Positions 13,904-22,856 of a stretch of DNA of 38,380 bases are shown here, one piece after another (the stretch's first letter is position 1; every line of letters begins with the position of its first letter). The position numbers were made by a program, and so were the translations under genes. The notes beneath the pieces are model-generated. The model had not been told where the DNA came from and did not search any database. It worked only from the letters and a program-made list of their open reading frames with translations. Location of the stretch: assembly GCA_964511035.1 (NCBI GenBank), contig CAZEDP010000002.1:1-38380 (forward strand), written 5' to 3'. Source of the stretch: an uncultured Gammaproteobacteria bacterium (GTDB taxonomy: Bacteria; Cyanobacteriota; Vampirovibrionia; Gastranaerophilales; CAZEDP01).

Positions 13904-15298
13904 ATGAATTATATCGGCAACTTATCAGTTAATTTACCCAAAAAGAACACTTATTCTTCAGTTTCTTATCGCATAAATAACGGTTGCTCATTTAAAGAAA
14001 CCGTTTACATTAAAGAAAATTCTAAAAACCCTATGTATTTTTTGAATGCACGCAGACAAGAAGTAGCTCAAAAAAATCCTTATCAAGAAACAAATTATCT
14101 TCTAAATAATTTTAGAACAGAAGAGGGGTTGAGTTATAAAGATGAAATTACCAAACACATAATAAGAATACTTCCTGTTTCCGGTTCTATTGCTCCTCCG
14201 TCATTAGAAACAAAAATTAACGCAGATGAGTTCGTAGCAAATCAAAAATTTATGCCTGATTTCAAGTTAAAGCCTGAGTATCGTATTCTTGAACAAATAT
14301 CTGAAATTATGACTAACAACATCTCTTATGAAGCGGGAAAATCCTTGGAAACAGAATTTCCTGTAGAAATTGAGAAACTTTATGAACAATCTTTAAAAGT
14401 TAAAGAAAATACTTCTGAATTTGTGAATTTTACAAAAAATTTCTATGAATTTATGGCACAGGGTGCAACTTTTGAATTGAATACAGATAGATTAAAAGAA
14501 CTGGCACAATCAGATGAAGCAACCATTTTTATTACCAGACATGCGGGTGACGCTTTTGATTTGGCAAGGACAATGGGATTTGTATCAAAGCTTTATGAAG
14601 AATATGAAAAAAATGAAAATCCCGCAATTTACCCAAAAATGAACTACACAATTCTTAAAAGGAAAGTTGATTCATTTCCTGATAAATTGAGAGCTGTTGC
14701 CCTTAAAGCAGGTTTAGTCGGACTGGACAGTACTGCATATCCAACAAAAGAAAAGTTTGAATATAACAAAATAGCTAAAGATGAATTAGTAGATGATTTT
14801 ATTAAAAATAAAAGCCATATTTTTATGTTTCCTGAAGGAGCAAGGTATGATTATCGTGATAAATTAAAACCTTTGGACAGATTTCAATACGGCATTTCAA
14901 AAATAATAGTTAAATCTGCAAGAAAGAAAAAAAGAGTAAAAATTGTAACCCTTGGAATGGATAAAAGAGGAGGATTATACATTGGTAAACCTCTTTATTT
15001 TGAAAACAGAAACGGCGTTTTATATGTAAGCAAAGGGAATTTCACAACAGATTCTAAAATAGCTCAAGAAAACAGTTTCTTCAGGAATCTGGCTAAAACA
15101 AATGAAGATGAATTGAAACCTATTACATATGGAGGAAAAGAAATTAAAGATACTGATGCAAAAGGTTCTAAAGCTTTGGCAAGACTGGCATCAGGAATAA
15201 TTTCGGAAGACTTGGAAATTTCAATGAACACAGCCGAAAAATTATATAAAAACCTACAACATAATAATTTGACTGATTCTTATTATGGAGATAAATAA
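13904..15298 (+). CDS. hypothetical protein with a weak acyltransferase-like motif
   Basis: 464-aa ORF. FMFPEGARYDY resembles the PlsC-family FPEGTR block, but no clean HxxxxD motif is present (RHAGDAFD only). Confidence 0.3.
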   Translation: MNYIGNLSVNLPKKNTYSSVSYRINNGCSFKETVYIKENSKNPMYFLNARRQEVAQKNPYQETNYLLNNFRTEEGLSYKDEITKHIIRILPVSGSIAPPSLETKINADEFVANQKFMPDFKLKPEYRILEQISEIMTNNISYEAGKSLETEFPVEIEKLYEQSLKVKENTSEFVNFTKNFYEFMAQGATFELNTDRLKELAQSDEATIFITRHAGDAFDLARTMGFVSKLYEEYEKNENPAIYPKMNYTILKRKVDSFPDKLRAVALKAGLVGLDSTAYPTKEKFEYNKIAKDELVDDFIKNKSHIFMFPEGARYDYRDKLKPLDRFQYGISKIIVKSARKKKRVKIVTLGMDKRGGLYIGKPLYFENRNGVLYVSKGNFTTDSKIAQENSFFRNLAKTNEDELKPITYGGKEIKDTDAKGSKALARLASGIISEDLEISMNTAEKLYKNLQHNNLTDSYYGDK

Positions 15299-15451
15299 AT
15301 TCAATTAATTAAAGATAAAAAACTCGGATATTGTAGTTCTGGCAGCATTATTCTCTTAATTGAAAACAAAAAACAGGGTATTTACAGGGAAATTTATAAA
15401 CTATATTTCTGTGTTTGCCTTGAATTTAAATGAAAATGCTCCTTTAACCAT

Positions 15452-15480
15452 AAATTCCCTGAAAGAATATCAGGGAATTT
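15452..15480. terminator. hairpin between convergent genes (possible terminator)
   Basis: AAATTCCCTGA aagaata TCAGGGAATTT, an 11-bp perfect stem with weak flanking U tracts. Confidence 0.3.
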
Positions 15481-15542
15481 ATTTGGAATATCTGCGAAAT
15501 GCTTATTGATAATAATTGATAACCTAAGCTTTTATCCTTAAA

Positions 15543-18500
15543 TTATGAATGCCAGGACATAGCAATAATATTCATCAACCCGGCATTTGCTTTGACAGCA
15601 TTAACACTGGTCAGACTAATGCCATTAGCAGCTGCATAAGCTGTCATGTCCTGAAGAATTAAGTTAACGTCCGTATTGGTTATGTAACTATTGTCGCTTA
15701 ATTGGATTTTTTCTATTTGTCCGCTTGCTGAATTCCAGTTTTTAACCTTGATTACATCAGCGTTTCCTGTTTCACCGTAATCCAAATATAAATTTCCGGC
15801 ATTATCTTTGAACATGGCAATGTTTGTTTTATCAACACTTGAACCAAATTTTATAACATCATCACCGCCGGTATCCTTGACCGTGTCTATGTTATCACCT
15901 TTCTCAAATACGTAAACATCATTTCCTCCACCGCCATTCAAATCATCGTTTCCTACTTCACCGATTAAAAGGTCATCTCCAAGTCCGCCGTCAATTTTAT
16001 CATCTCCTCCATTGCCGATTAAATTATCATTGTCTTTGTGACCGTTGATGGAATTATCGCCTGAATTGCCTAATATTGTATTACTGCCAGAATTTCCATT
16101 GGCATTGATATTATCAACTCCATTCATAGTCAGGTTTTCCACATTTTCGGGCAATGTATAACTGACGCCGGAAATTATTTCGTCCGTTCCCTCACCTGAA
16201 TTTTCAGTAACAATGTCACCGTTATTATCAACGTAATAGACGTCATCTCCGCCGCCGCCTGCCATAATATCAGCACCGCTTCCGCCGTCTATAACATCAT
16301 CTCCTCCGGTTCCGATCAAACTGTCATCAGAATCAGAGCCTTCAATGACCGCAAATAAGCTTTCAATGTCTGCGGAGGTTAATGAAGATCCATCGGCAAA
16401 TTCTAATTTTTCGATTTTGTTCTCAGCAACTAATTGATTTGTAATCAGTATGCTGTCCTGTGTCAAATTGCCATCCGCATCTTTTAGCGTAATCAAAACA
16501 TCATAATCTGATACAGATTTTGTTATAACCAAATCATTCTGAGTAATTCCTTCACCGAATACTATTTTGTCATCAGCTCCTGCATCAAACCATGAAAATC
16601 CTTCACTATCACTGTCAAATATTGTATCCTGACCGTCGCCTCTGTTAAATATATATGTATCGTTATCGCTTCCACCGCCGAGAAGGTCATCACCGGTTCC
16701 TCCGGTTAGTATATCATTTCCGTAACCGCCTTCTAAATCATCACTGCCGTTTTCTCCGTAAAGAAAATCATCTCCGTCATCGCCATAAAGTGTGTCATCT
16801 CCTTCACCGCCGTATATGTTATCAGTACCGCCTCCGGCATAGAGGGAGTCATTTCCGCCGTTTCCGTAAATATCTTCATTGGTAGTTGAACCGAATATTG
16901 TATCGGCTTCGTCAGTGCCCTGTTTAATAATCTTTCCATAGGTTATTATCGACTCGACATCATCGCAGGAAATACTGCTTCCGTTAGCAAATTCAAAGGT
17001 TTCAATTCTATAATTTGCAGAGGATTCATATTGATATTGCACTATAATCTGGTCATTGGATAGTCCGTTAACAGGGTCTTTGATTTTAACTAACAGATCG
17101 AGATTTTGTTTTTCAAACGACAAATTATCAAGGGTGATTCCTTCTCCGAACCTGATTGTATCCGTCCCGTAGTTCTCTCTGATTTTGTCCTGACCGTCTC
17201 CGATATTGAAGACATAGACATCATCTCCGGAACCGCCAATTAGCTCATCATTGCCCGTGCCGCCGTTTAATATATCGTTTCCGGAACCGCAGTTTAAAAT
17301 GTCATCACCTGCTTCGCCGTAGATGGTCATGCTGCCGGTATAATATCTCCATAATGAATTGGTATGATAACTCCAGACATAATCATTTCCGTCACCGCAG
17401 TAAACTGTATCATTACCGTCCCCTACATCTATAAAGTCATTTCCTTCTCCACCGTACAGCATGTCATCTCCGCCGTTACCCTGCAAATTATCATCACCTG
17501 ATTCGCCGTAAATCCTGTCACCGAAATTACTGCCGCTGATTGTATCATTTCCTGACGTGCCGTGTGTTGAAAATGTGCTTTCCAGTTCGTCTGACGTTAA
17601 CACCGTTCCGTCAGCAAATTCAAAGTTCTCTATCCTTGATAATCTTGTATCCCAATAGTCTTTAACGAAATATTCGTACAACTCAATCTTATCTGTGCTG
17701 TTTTTATAGGTAATCTCCAAACTGGCTCCGTTAACGCTGAAATTAAGGTCATCCAGCGTTATTCCTTCTCCGAACCTTATAGTATCATTTCCATAGCTTT
17801 CCCTGATTTTGTCCAGACCGTCTCCGATATTGAAGACATAGACATCGTCTCCGGAACCGCCCATCAACTCATCATTGCCCGTGCCGCCGACCAATAAATC
17901 ATTCCCCGGTCCGCAGTTTAAAATGTCATCGCCTGCTTCGCCGTATATGGTCATGCTGCCGGTATAATATCTCCATAATGAATTGGTATGATAACTCCAG
18001 ACATAATCATTTCCGTCACCGCAGTAAACTGTATCATTACCGTCCCCTACATCTATAAAGTCATTTCCTTCTCCACCGTACAGCATGTCATCTCCGCCGT
18101 TACCCTGCAAATTATCATCACCTGATTCGCCGTAAATCCTGTCACCGAAATTACTGCCGCTGATTGTATCATTTCCTGACGTGCCGTGTGTTGAAAATGT
18201 GCTTTCCAGTTCGTCTGACGTTAACACCGTTCCGTCAGCAAATTCAAAGTTCTCTATCCTTGATAATCTTGTATCCCAATAGTCTTTAACGAAATATTCG
18301 TACAACTCAATCTTATCTGTGCTGTTTTTATAGGTAATCTCCAAACTGGCTCCGTTAACGCTGAAATTAAGGTCATCCAGCGTTATTCCTTCTCCGAACC
18401 TTATAGTATCATTTCCATAGCTTTCCCTGATTTTGTCCAGACCGTCTCCGATATTGAAGACATAGACATCGTCTCCGGAACCGCCCATCAACTCATCATT

Positions 18501-20606
18501 GCCCGTGCCGCCGACCAATAAATCATTCCCCGGTCCGCAGTTTAAAATGTCATCGCCTGCTTCGCCGTATATGGTCATGCTTCCCGTATAGTATCTCCAA
18601 GAAGAATTAGCATGATAACTCCAGACATAATCATTTCCGTCACCGCAGTAAACGGTATCTTGCCCTGCTCCTACGTCAATGCTGTCATTTCCTTTTCCGC
18701 CGTACAGAGTGTCATCACCTTCCCAGCCTTTTAGGGCATCCGCAAAAGACATTCCGATAAATACTTGTACACTGCCGTTAAGAATATCATAATGTTTTTG
18801 GTCTATTTTCCCTTCGAAAAGAGTGTAAGGCATGTTTCCTTCGTCGCTCAGCGTTTTTAAGATTAAACTCATATAATCTTTGCCGATATCGGTTTGAGAA
18901 TTCATCTGTTCGGCAATACTGTTTACAGCAGACGAAATATCTGAAGGAAAGATTATTTTATCGGATGCGAGATCGTACTGAGCCTCGCTAAAAGAACCGG
19001 CAAGCTGACTTTGCGCAACAAAATGAGCAAACATAAGGTCTCTTAGTTTTTTATAAGACATATCTATGTTACCAATAACTTCTGAAATCAGCGGAACCTC
19101 TGTTGAAAATTCGTCAGTGCTGCCGGGAGGATAGTATTTGTATACTTCTCCCATAAACTTTTCGAGTATCGAGAGTTTCCTGTCATTATAATAAGGTCCC
19201 CTTCCCGCATTGATGTCCACATCATCCACCCCTGCCCATTTAGCAAGAAGCTCATCCATTGCGGAACACACTTCTGATAAGTCAGTCAGGTTTGTCATTT
19301 CTGAAACAAAGTCTTTTAATTCGGGATTTTCGCTCATTGCGATTGAGAGGTCTTTTACATCCCCGTAGCCTTTTAATAAAGGCAGTCCGATAATTGAAGC
19401 ATCCAGAACAATCGGACCCGTTGTAACAGAGTTAATTTGATTAATTAATAAATTCACATCGGCGGCTGTTTGTGTCCTTCCGTCGGAATAAGTGAAGGTC
19501 GAAACTTCCGAAATGAGATTTTCGTTATTAAGTTGGTTTACACTTGCAGGGTTGAGGTTAATTGACGTTATACCCAAATCCGATAAGGTATTTACTTCAT
19601 AGCTCTCTGCAATTCCGTTTCCGTCAATATCACGCCAGACTTTAATTTGATTGAATATTTCATCGTTTGCGTCAATGATGTTATCGTTATTGGTATCATT
19701 GGTTTTCATTTCTTCAAAGCCTGTTATTTCAGGGCTTCCGAATAGTTCGCTAATCCCGTCAATCTGACCGTTATTATTCCCATCAACGACAAGTATCCCG
19801 TTATTTGGGCTTATCCAACCGACTCTTTCTGCTATGCCGTCTCCGTCGAGGTCAAAATAAGCATTTGAATTTGTAATGGCTATTGTCTCAATTCCGCCAC
19901 CGTCAAGGTCTATAACCAACGGGTCAAGCCTTGTATGGACACTGTTATTATAACAAAACTGTGCGGAGTTGATTACAGGGTTGAGGGATGGGGGTATAAC
20001 CGGTTCCATGTCTGGCAGCCAGTCGCCGGGGGCAAATTCTCCCTCGCCAGGGATGGTCAGTAAGTCACCGGGCTTGATGAGGACAAAAGACTTATCGGCA
20101 TTCGTCCTGTCGGCAAGCCAAGGGTTGGCAGAGAGCAGTTCGTCAAGGGTTTTGTTGTGTTTTTGGGCAATCGCCCATAAAGAGTCTCCCGATTTGACAG
20201 TGTAAAAAGAATTTAGCTCATAACCAGTGTCAGATAGAGAATTTTCATTATAATTATTCTCACTTTTTAATTTTTCAAAAATGCTGTCACATGTTGTTTT
20301 TATTGCCCCTTCACTTTGTAAATTCCAAGTATTTATACTATAAAAAACATAACCCGCTGTAGCAAGGGAAATCGCCCCACACCCAAATGTACCGGTTCCT
20401 AACGTAGATGCCTCACAATAAGCAAAAACTACCGTACCTGTTGCTAATGAAGTCGAAATTTTAATATCTTGAAGACCATTTTGAACCAATGCTTCAGAGA
20501 TGTTACAAGTTAAAGCTTGAGTAGCATCACTTTTGTCATCTCTAATTTTCATGCTTGTTATTAAAAGTTCTAAAATATCAGTAAATACTTTTAAATAATT
20601 TTCCAT
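15543..20606 (-). CDS. giant RTX-repeat exoprotein with N-terminal hydrophobic Gly-rich segment and LysM domain
   Basis: 1687 aa. LysM at aa 135-185 (YTVKSGDSLWAIAQKHNKTLDELL...IKPGDLLTIP, nt ~20052-20204). PLVIDLDGGGIET / FDLDGDGIAE / DGNNNGQIDG block typical of large RTX proteins. Dozens of GGxGxD nonapeptides (e.g. GGTGNDELMGGSGDDVYVF). Confidence 0.9.
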   Translation of the reverse strand: MENYLKVFTDILELLITSMKIRDDKSDATQALTCNISEALVQNGLQDIKISTSLATGTVVFAYCEASTLGTGTFGCGAISLATAGYVFYSINTWNLQSEGAIKTTCDSIFEKLKSENNYNENSLSDTGYELNSFYTVKSGDSLWAIAQKHNKTLDELLSANPWLADRTNADKSFVLIKPGDLLTIPGEGEFAPGDWLPDMEPVIPPSLNPVINSAQFCYNNSVHTRLDPLVIDLDGGGIETIAITNSNAYFDLDGDGIAERVGWISPNNGILVVDGNNNGQIDGISELFGSPEITGFEEMKTNDTNNDNIIDANDEIFNQIKVWRDIDGNGIAESYEVNTLSDLGITSINLNPASVNQLNNENLISEVSTFTYSDGRTQTAADVNLLINQINSVTTGPIVLDASIIGLPLLKGYGDVKDLSIAMSENPELKDFVSEMTNLTDLSEVCSAMDELLAKWAGVDDVDINAGRGPYYNDRKLSILEKFMGEVYKYYPPGSTDEFSTEVPLISEVIGNIDMSYKKLRDLMFAHFVAQSQLAGSFSEAQYDLASDKIIFPSDISSAVNSIAEQMNSQTDIGKDYMSLILKTLSDEGNMPYTLFEGKIDQKHYDILNGSVQVFIGMSFADALKGWEGDDTLYGGKGNDSIDVGAGQDTVYCGDGNDYVWSYHANSSWRYYTGSMTIYGEAGDDILNCGPGNDLLVGGTGNDELMGGSGDDVYVFNIGDGLDKIRESYGNDTIRFGEGITLDDLNFSVNGASLEITYKNSTDKIELYEYFVKDYWDTRLSRIENFEFADGTVLTSDELESTFSTHGTSGNDTISGSNFGDRIYGESGDDNLQGNGGDDMLYGGEGNDFIDVGDGNDTVYCGDGNDYVWSYHTNSLWRYYTGSMTIYGEAGDDILNCGPGNDLLVGGTGNDELMGGSGDDVYVFNIGDGLDKIRESYGNDTIRFGEGITLDDLNFSVNGASLEITYKNSTDKIELYEYFVKDYWDTRLSRIENFEFADGTVLTSDELESTFSTHGTSGNDTISGSNFGDRIYGESGDDNLQGNGGDDMLYGGEGNDFIDVGDGNDTVYCGDGNDYVWSYHTNSLWRYYTGSMTIYGEAGDDILNCGSGNDILNGGTGNDELIGGSGDDVYVFNIGDGQDKIRENYGTDTIRFGEGITLDNLSFEKQNLDLLVKIKDPVNGLSNDQIIVQYQYESSANYRIETFEFANGSSISCDDVESIITYGKIIKQGTDEADTIFGSTTNEDIYGNGGNDSLYAGGGTDNIYGGEGDDTLYGDDGDDFLYGENGSDDLEGGYGNDILTGGTGDDLLGGGSDNDTYIFNRGDGQDTIFDSDSEGFSWFDAGADDKIVFGEGITQNDLVITKSVSDYDVLITLKDADGNLTQDSILITNQLVAENKIEKLEFADGSSLTSADIESLFAVIEGSDSDDSLIGTGGDDVIDGGSGADIMAGGGGDDVYYVDNNGDIVTENSGEGTDEIISGVSYTLPENVENLTMNGVDNINANGNSGSNTILGNSGDNSINGHKDNDNLIGNGGDDKIDGGLGDDLLIGEVGNDDLNGGGGNDVYVFEKGDNIDTVKDTGGDDVIKFGSSVDKTNIAMFKDNAGNLYLDYGETGNADVIKVKNWNSASGQIEKIQLSDNSYITNTDVNLILQDMTAYAAANGISLTSVNAVKANAGLMNIIAMSWHS
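17190..18730 (-). repeat. 624-bp (208-aa) tandem repeat, ~2.5 units, inside the giant RTX gene
   Basis: CGATATTGAA anchors at 17201, 17825 and 18449 give a period of 624. About 17290-17957 and 17914-18581 are near-identical, and exact from ~17323. The flanking partial units are more diverged. Confidence 0.9.
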
Positions 20607-20652
20607 TCCTATTCTCCTATTTTATTTTTCACATACTTGACTAGGATGCTTA

Positions 20653-21498
20653 TTATAATGAATTAGCTTCTTTTAATTTATTTTGTTTAAGATACAACAA
20701 CCTCAAGTCATTTATTACGGAAGATTTTTTTTCTTGTTTGTAATTGCCATATGCCGTAATTGAACTTATATAAGCTTTTTCAGCACCAGAATAATTTTTC
20801 TCAATTTCATAGATATAACCTAAAAATGCTAGTGTATCAGCATAATCAATATTTCTATTTTTTATTTTATAAAAATCCATTGCTTTAAAACAAATTGCCT
20901 CAAGCTTGTCAAACTTCTTTTGTTTAAAATACAAAATTATTAAATTTTTTAATATTGAATCATATAAGAAATCAGGACTTTCTTTACTGTATTGGGAGAA
21001 ATTATCACTATTAGAAAGACTATCCTCATAAGTTTTTAACGCTTTCAGAAAATACGTTTCGGCTTCATTATATTGTTTTCTAGTCAAATTCAAGCACCCA
21101 AGTCGATCATAGACTGCAACCACACTAATATGAAATTCACCAAACTGCTTAATCCTCGATTCCAATAAAGTTTGATACAAATTATTTGCTTTTATATACT
21201 TTTCCTCATCAGAAAAAAGCTGAGCTAATTCAAAAATTATTATTGATTTTTTAAAGTTTGTATCGTGATTATAATTTGTTGCCAATGCCTTAAGGCTTTC
21301 ATTGTAATTTTCTTCCGCTATTTTGCCGAATTTAGTTTGGTGATTCTCTTGATATATTTTATGGGCATTTCTTGCTATGAAATAGTGAATATCAAAAGAA
21401 TAATAATTCCAGATTGTTGGAAAAGAATAAACAACCAAAATAACAAATAATATCACTGATAGTATTTTAAAAAATTGATTTTTACTAATATTTTTCAT
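20653..21498 (-). CDS. membrane-anchored TPR-like protein (immunity/accessory candidate)
   Basis: I prefer the start at MRMKNIS or MKNIS (21504 / 21498), just after the AAAGGGG RBS in the conserved spacer. N-terminal TM helix FFKILSVILFVILVVYSF. TPR-like units (YNEAETYFLKALKTYED, YSGAEKAYISSITAYGN). Confidence 0.6.
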   Translation of the reverse strand: MKNISKNQFFKILSVILFVILVVYSFPTIWNYYSFDIHYFIARNAHKIYQENHQTKFGKIAEENYNESLKALATNYNHDTNFKKSIIIFELAQLFSDEEKYIKANNLYQTLLESRIKQFGEFHISVVAVYDRLGCLNLTRKQYNEAETYFLKALKTYEDSLSNSDNFSQYSKESPDFLYDSILKNLIILYFKQKKFDKLEAICFKAMDFYKIKNRNIDYADTLAFLGYIYEIEKNYSGAEKAYISSITAYGNYKQEKKSSVINDLRLLYLKQNKLKEANSL

Positions 21499-21500
21499 TC

Positions 21501-21958
21501 TCATCCCCTTTATATATCTATCATCAAAACTTACTATAATAATAAAATATTCTAATTTCAATAAATATTTGAATCGTTTTCTATATCACATGCCGAGTTC
21601 AAGCCGCTAACCTTTCTAAATCCTCAATTGGTCTGAACAGATACGCACTCCCGTCGGATGTTTTTATAAAATCCACAGCCGGAGCAGTTTTGTTCTGTGC
21701 ATTTTTTAGGAATTGGTTGATAACGGTAATTGAATCATCGGGTGAATCAGGGAAAGTCATTACCAGATTGTCTCCGTCTCTTGTACATTTCACATCGGTA
21801 AAGTTGCTCCCGTAGCCGAAAGAAATCGAGTTGCCTCCCGACAAATCGTTTATTATATCGTGTCCGTCCCCTCGATTGAAAACATAATCATCCGCGCCAT
21901 CACCGCCTGATAATACGTCATTGCCTGTTCCGCCGACAAGGGTGTCGTTACCGGCTCC
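21501..21958 (-). repeat. ~458-bp near-identical repeat (copy 1): 3' end of an RTX effector gene plus downstream spacer
   Basis: Aligns at a 4220-nt offset with 25721-26178, with only scattered mismatches by eye. Confidence 0.9.
21533..21561 (-). promoter_or_regulatory. putative sigma70-type internal promoter in the conserved spacer
   Basis: On the minus strand: TTGAAA, 17 nt, TATAGT. The AAAGGGG RBS of the downstream gene follows. Confidence 0.45.
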
Positions 21959-22855
21959 GCCTATAAGCAAGTCGTTTCCAGTTCCACCGTATAGTTTGTC
22001 ATTTCCTCCACCACCATTTAATGTTTCTCCGCTGATATTCCAAGCATAGAGTATATTATCGTTACTATCCCCTTCACTAGGGAAATGTAATAATTCGTCT
22101 TGTTTTAATAAGACATAAAGATGGTCTTGATTTACATAAAGACCTCTATCTTGACCTACGATCCACGAATTATTTTTTTCCATAGTGTATATAAGCCAAT
22201 CCAGAGGAGCATCATCATAACCTGGTGTGAAACCTCTATTTCCTAGCTCACGATATATATCGTTTACAGAAACTAATTCATACGTATCTAAACCATTTGC
22301 TATATAAATATGATTTATTCCTCTATCAAGAATACCACTATATTTAATGTAGTCTTTTATGTCATTGAGAGATTCAGCCATATTTAAGTGTATAACTAAG
22401 GTTCCTGATAATTCAGCAGCGCTATACAGTCCCCCATAAAGCCTGTCATATTCTTCCTTGATTTTTGTTTTTCTAAAATCATCAGCTATTGCAGTTTGGT
22501 AAGTTGATCCGATAAGAGAAACCAGACTGCCTATTACAGGAATAAGTTGACCTACTGTCGTAGTAATAGAACCAATTGTCAAGTTTTGCTTGAGGTTATT
22601 AATTTCTATCTGATATTCTTCTTCGGAAAGCTTTGTAAAATTAATTTTATACTCTGACAGCAATACCGAATATACTGTGCCAACAACAGCAAATGGACGA
22701 GGAATGAAAGCTTGAGCAATATATGAAAGAGTTGTTGCTAAGTCTTGTTCTGGATAATTAAGTATTGGGTTTAGATCATAGTTTACAGAAGGCTGTTGTG
22801 AAAGATTAATATCATCTGGAGTTATACAGCTATTATTTTGAACAATGTTTAGCAT
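21599..22855 (-). CDS. RTX effector with unknown N-terminal domain (hydrophobic Gly/Ser/Thr-rich helices)
   Basis: 418 aa. The N-terminal ~290 aa have no recognised motif but contain IGSITTTVGQLIPVIGSLVSLIGSTY. Then come GGGGNDKLYGGTGNDLLIGGAGNDTLVGGTGNDVLSGGDGADDYVF and a C-terminal ~100 aa identical to that of 25819-27240. Confidence 0.8.
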   Translation of the reverse strand: MLNIVQNNSCITPDDINLSQQPSVNYDLNPILNYPEQDLATTLSYIAQAFIPRPFAVVGTVYSVLLSEYKINFTKLSEEEYQIEINNLKQNLTIGSITTTVGQLIPVIGSLVSLIGSTYQTAIADDFRKTKIKEEYDRLYGGLYSAAELSGTLVIHLNMAESLNDIKDYIKYSGILDRGINHIYIANGLDTYELVSVNDIYRELGNRGFTPGYDDAPLDWLIYTMEKNNSWIVGQDRGLYVNQDHLYVLLKQDELLHFPSEGDSNDNILYAWNISGETLNGGGGNDKLYGGTGNDLLIGGAGNDTLVGGTGNDVLSGGDGADDYVFNRGDGHDIINDLSGGNSISFGYGSNFTDVKCTRDGDNLVMTFPDSPDDSITVINQFLKNAQNKTAPAVDFIKTSDGSAYLFRPIEDLERLAA

Positions 22856-22856
22856 T

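Noticed and set aside
16655-16939. Alternative-frame and antisense ORFs inside RTX genes (16655-16885, 16733-16939, 19969-20205, 24362-24634)
   Set aside because: These are by-products of the repetitive GGxGxD codon composition. The long minus-strand frames carry the recognisable motifs.
17190-18730. Possibility of a CRISPR array among the repeats
   Set aside because: All repeats in the window are long (210-624 bp), coding or promoter-associated, and not interspaced by unique ~30-nt spacers. No cas genes are present.
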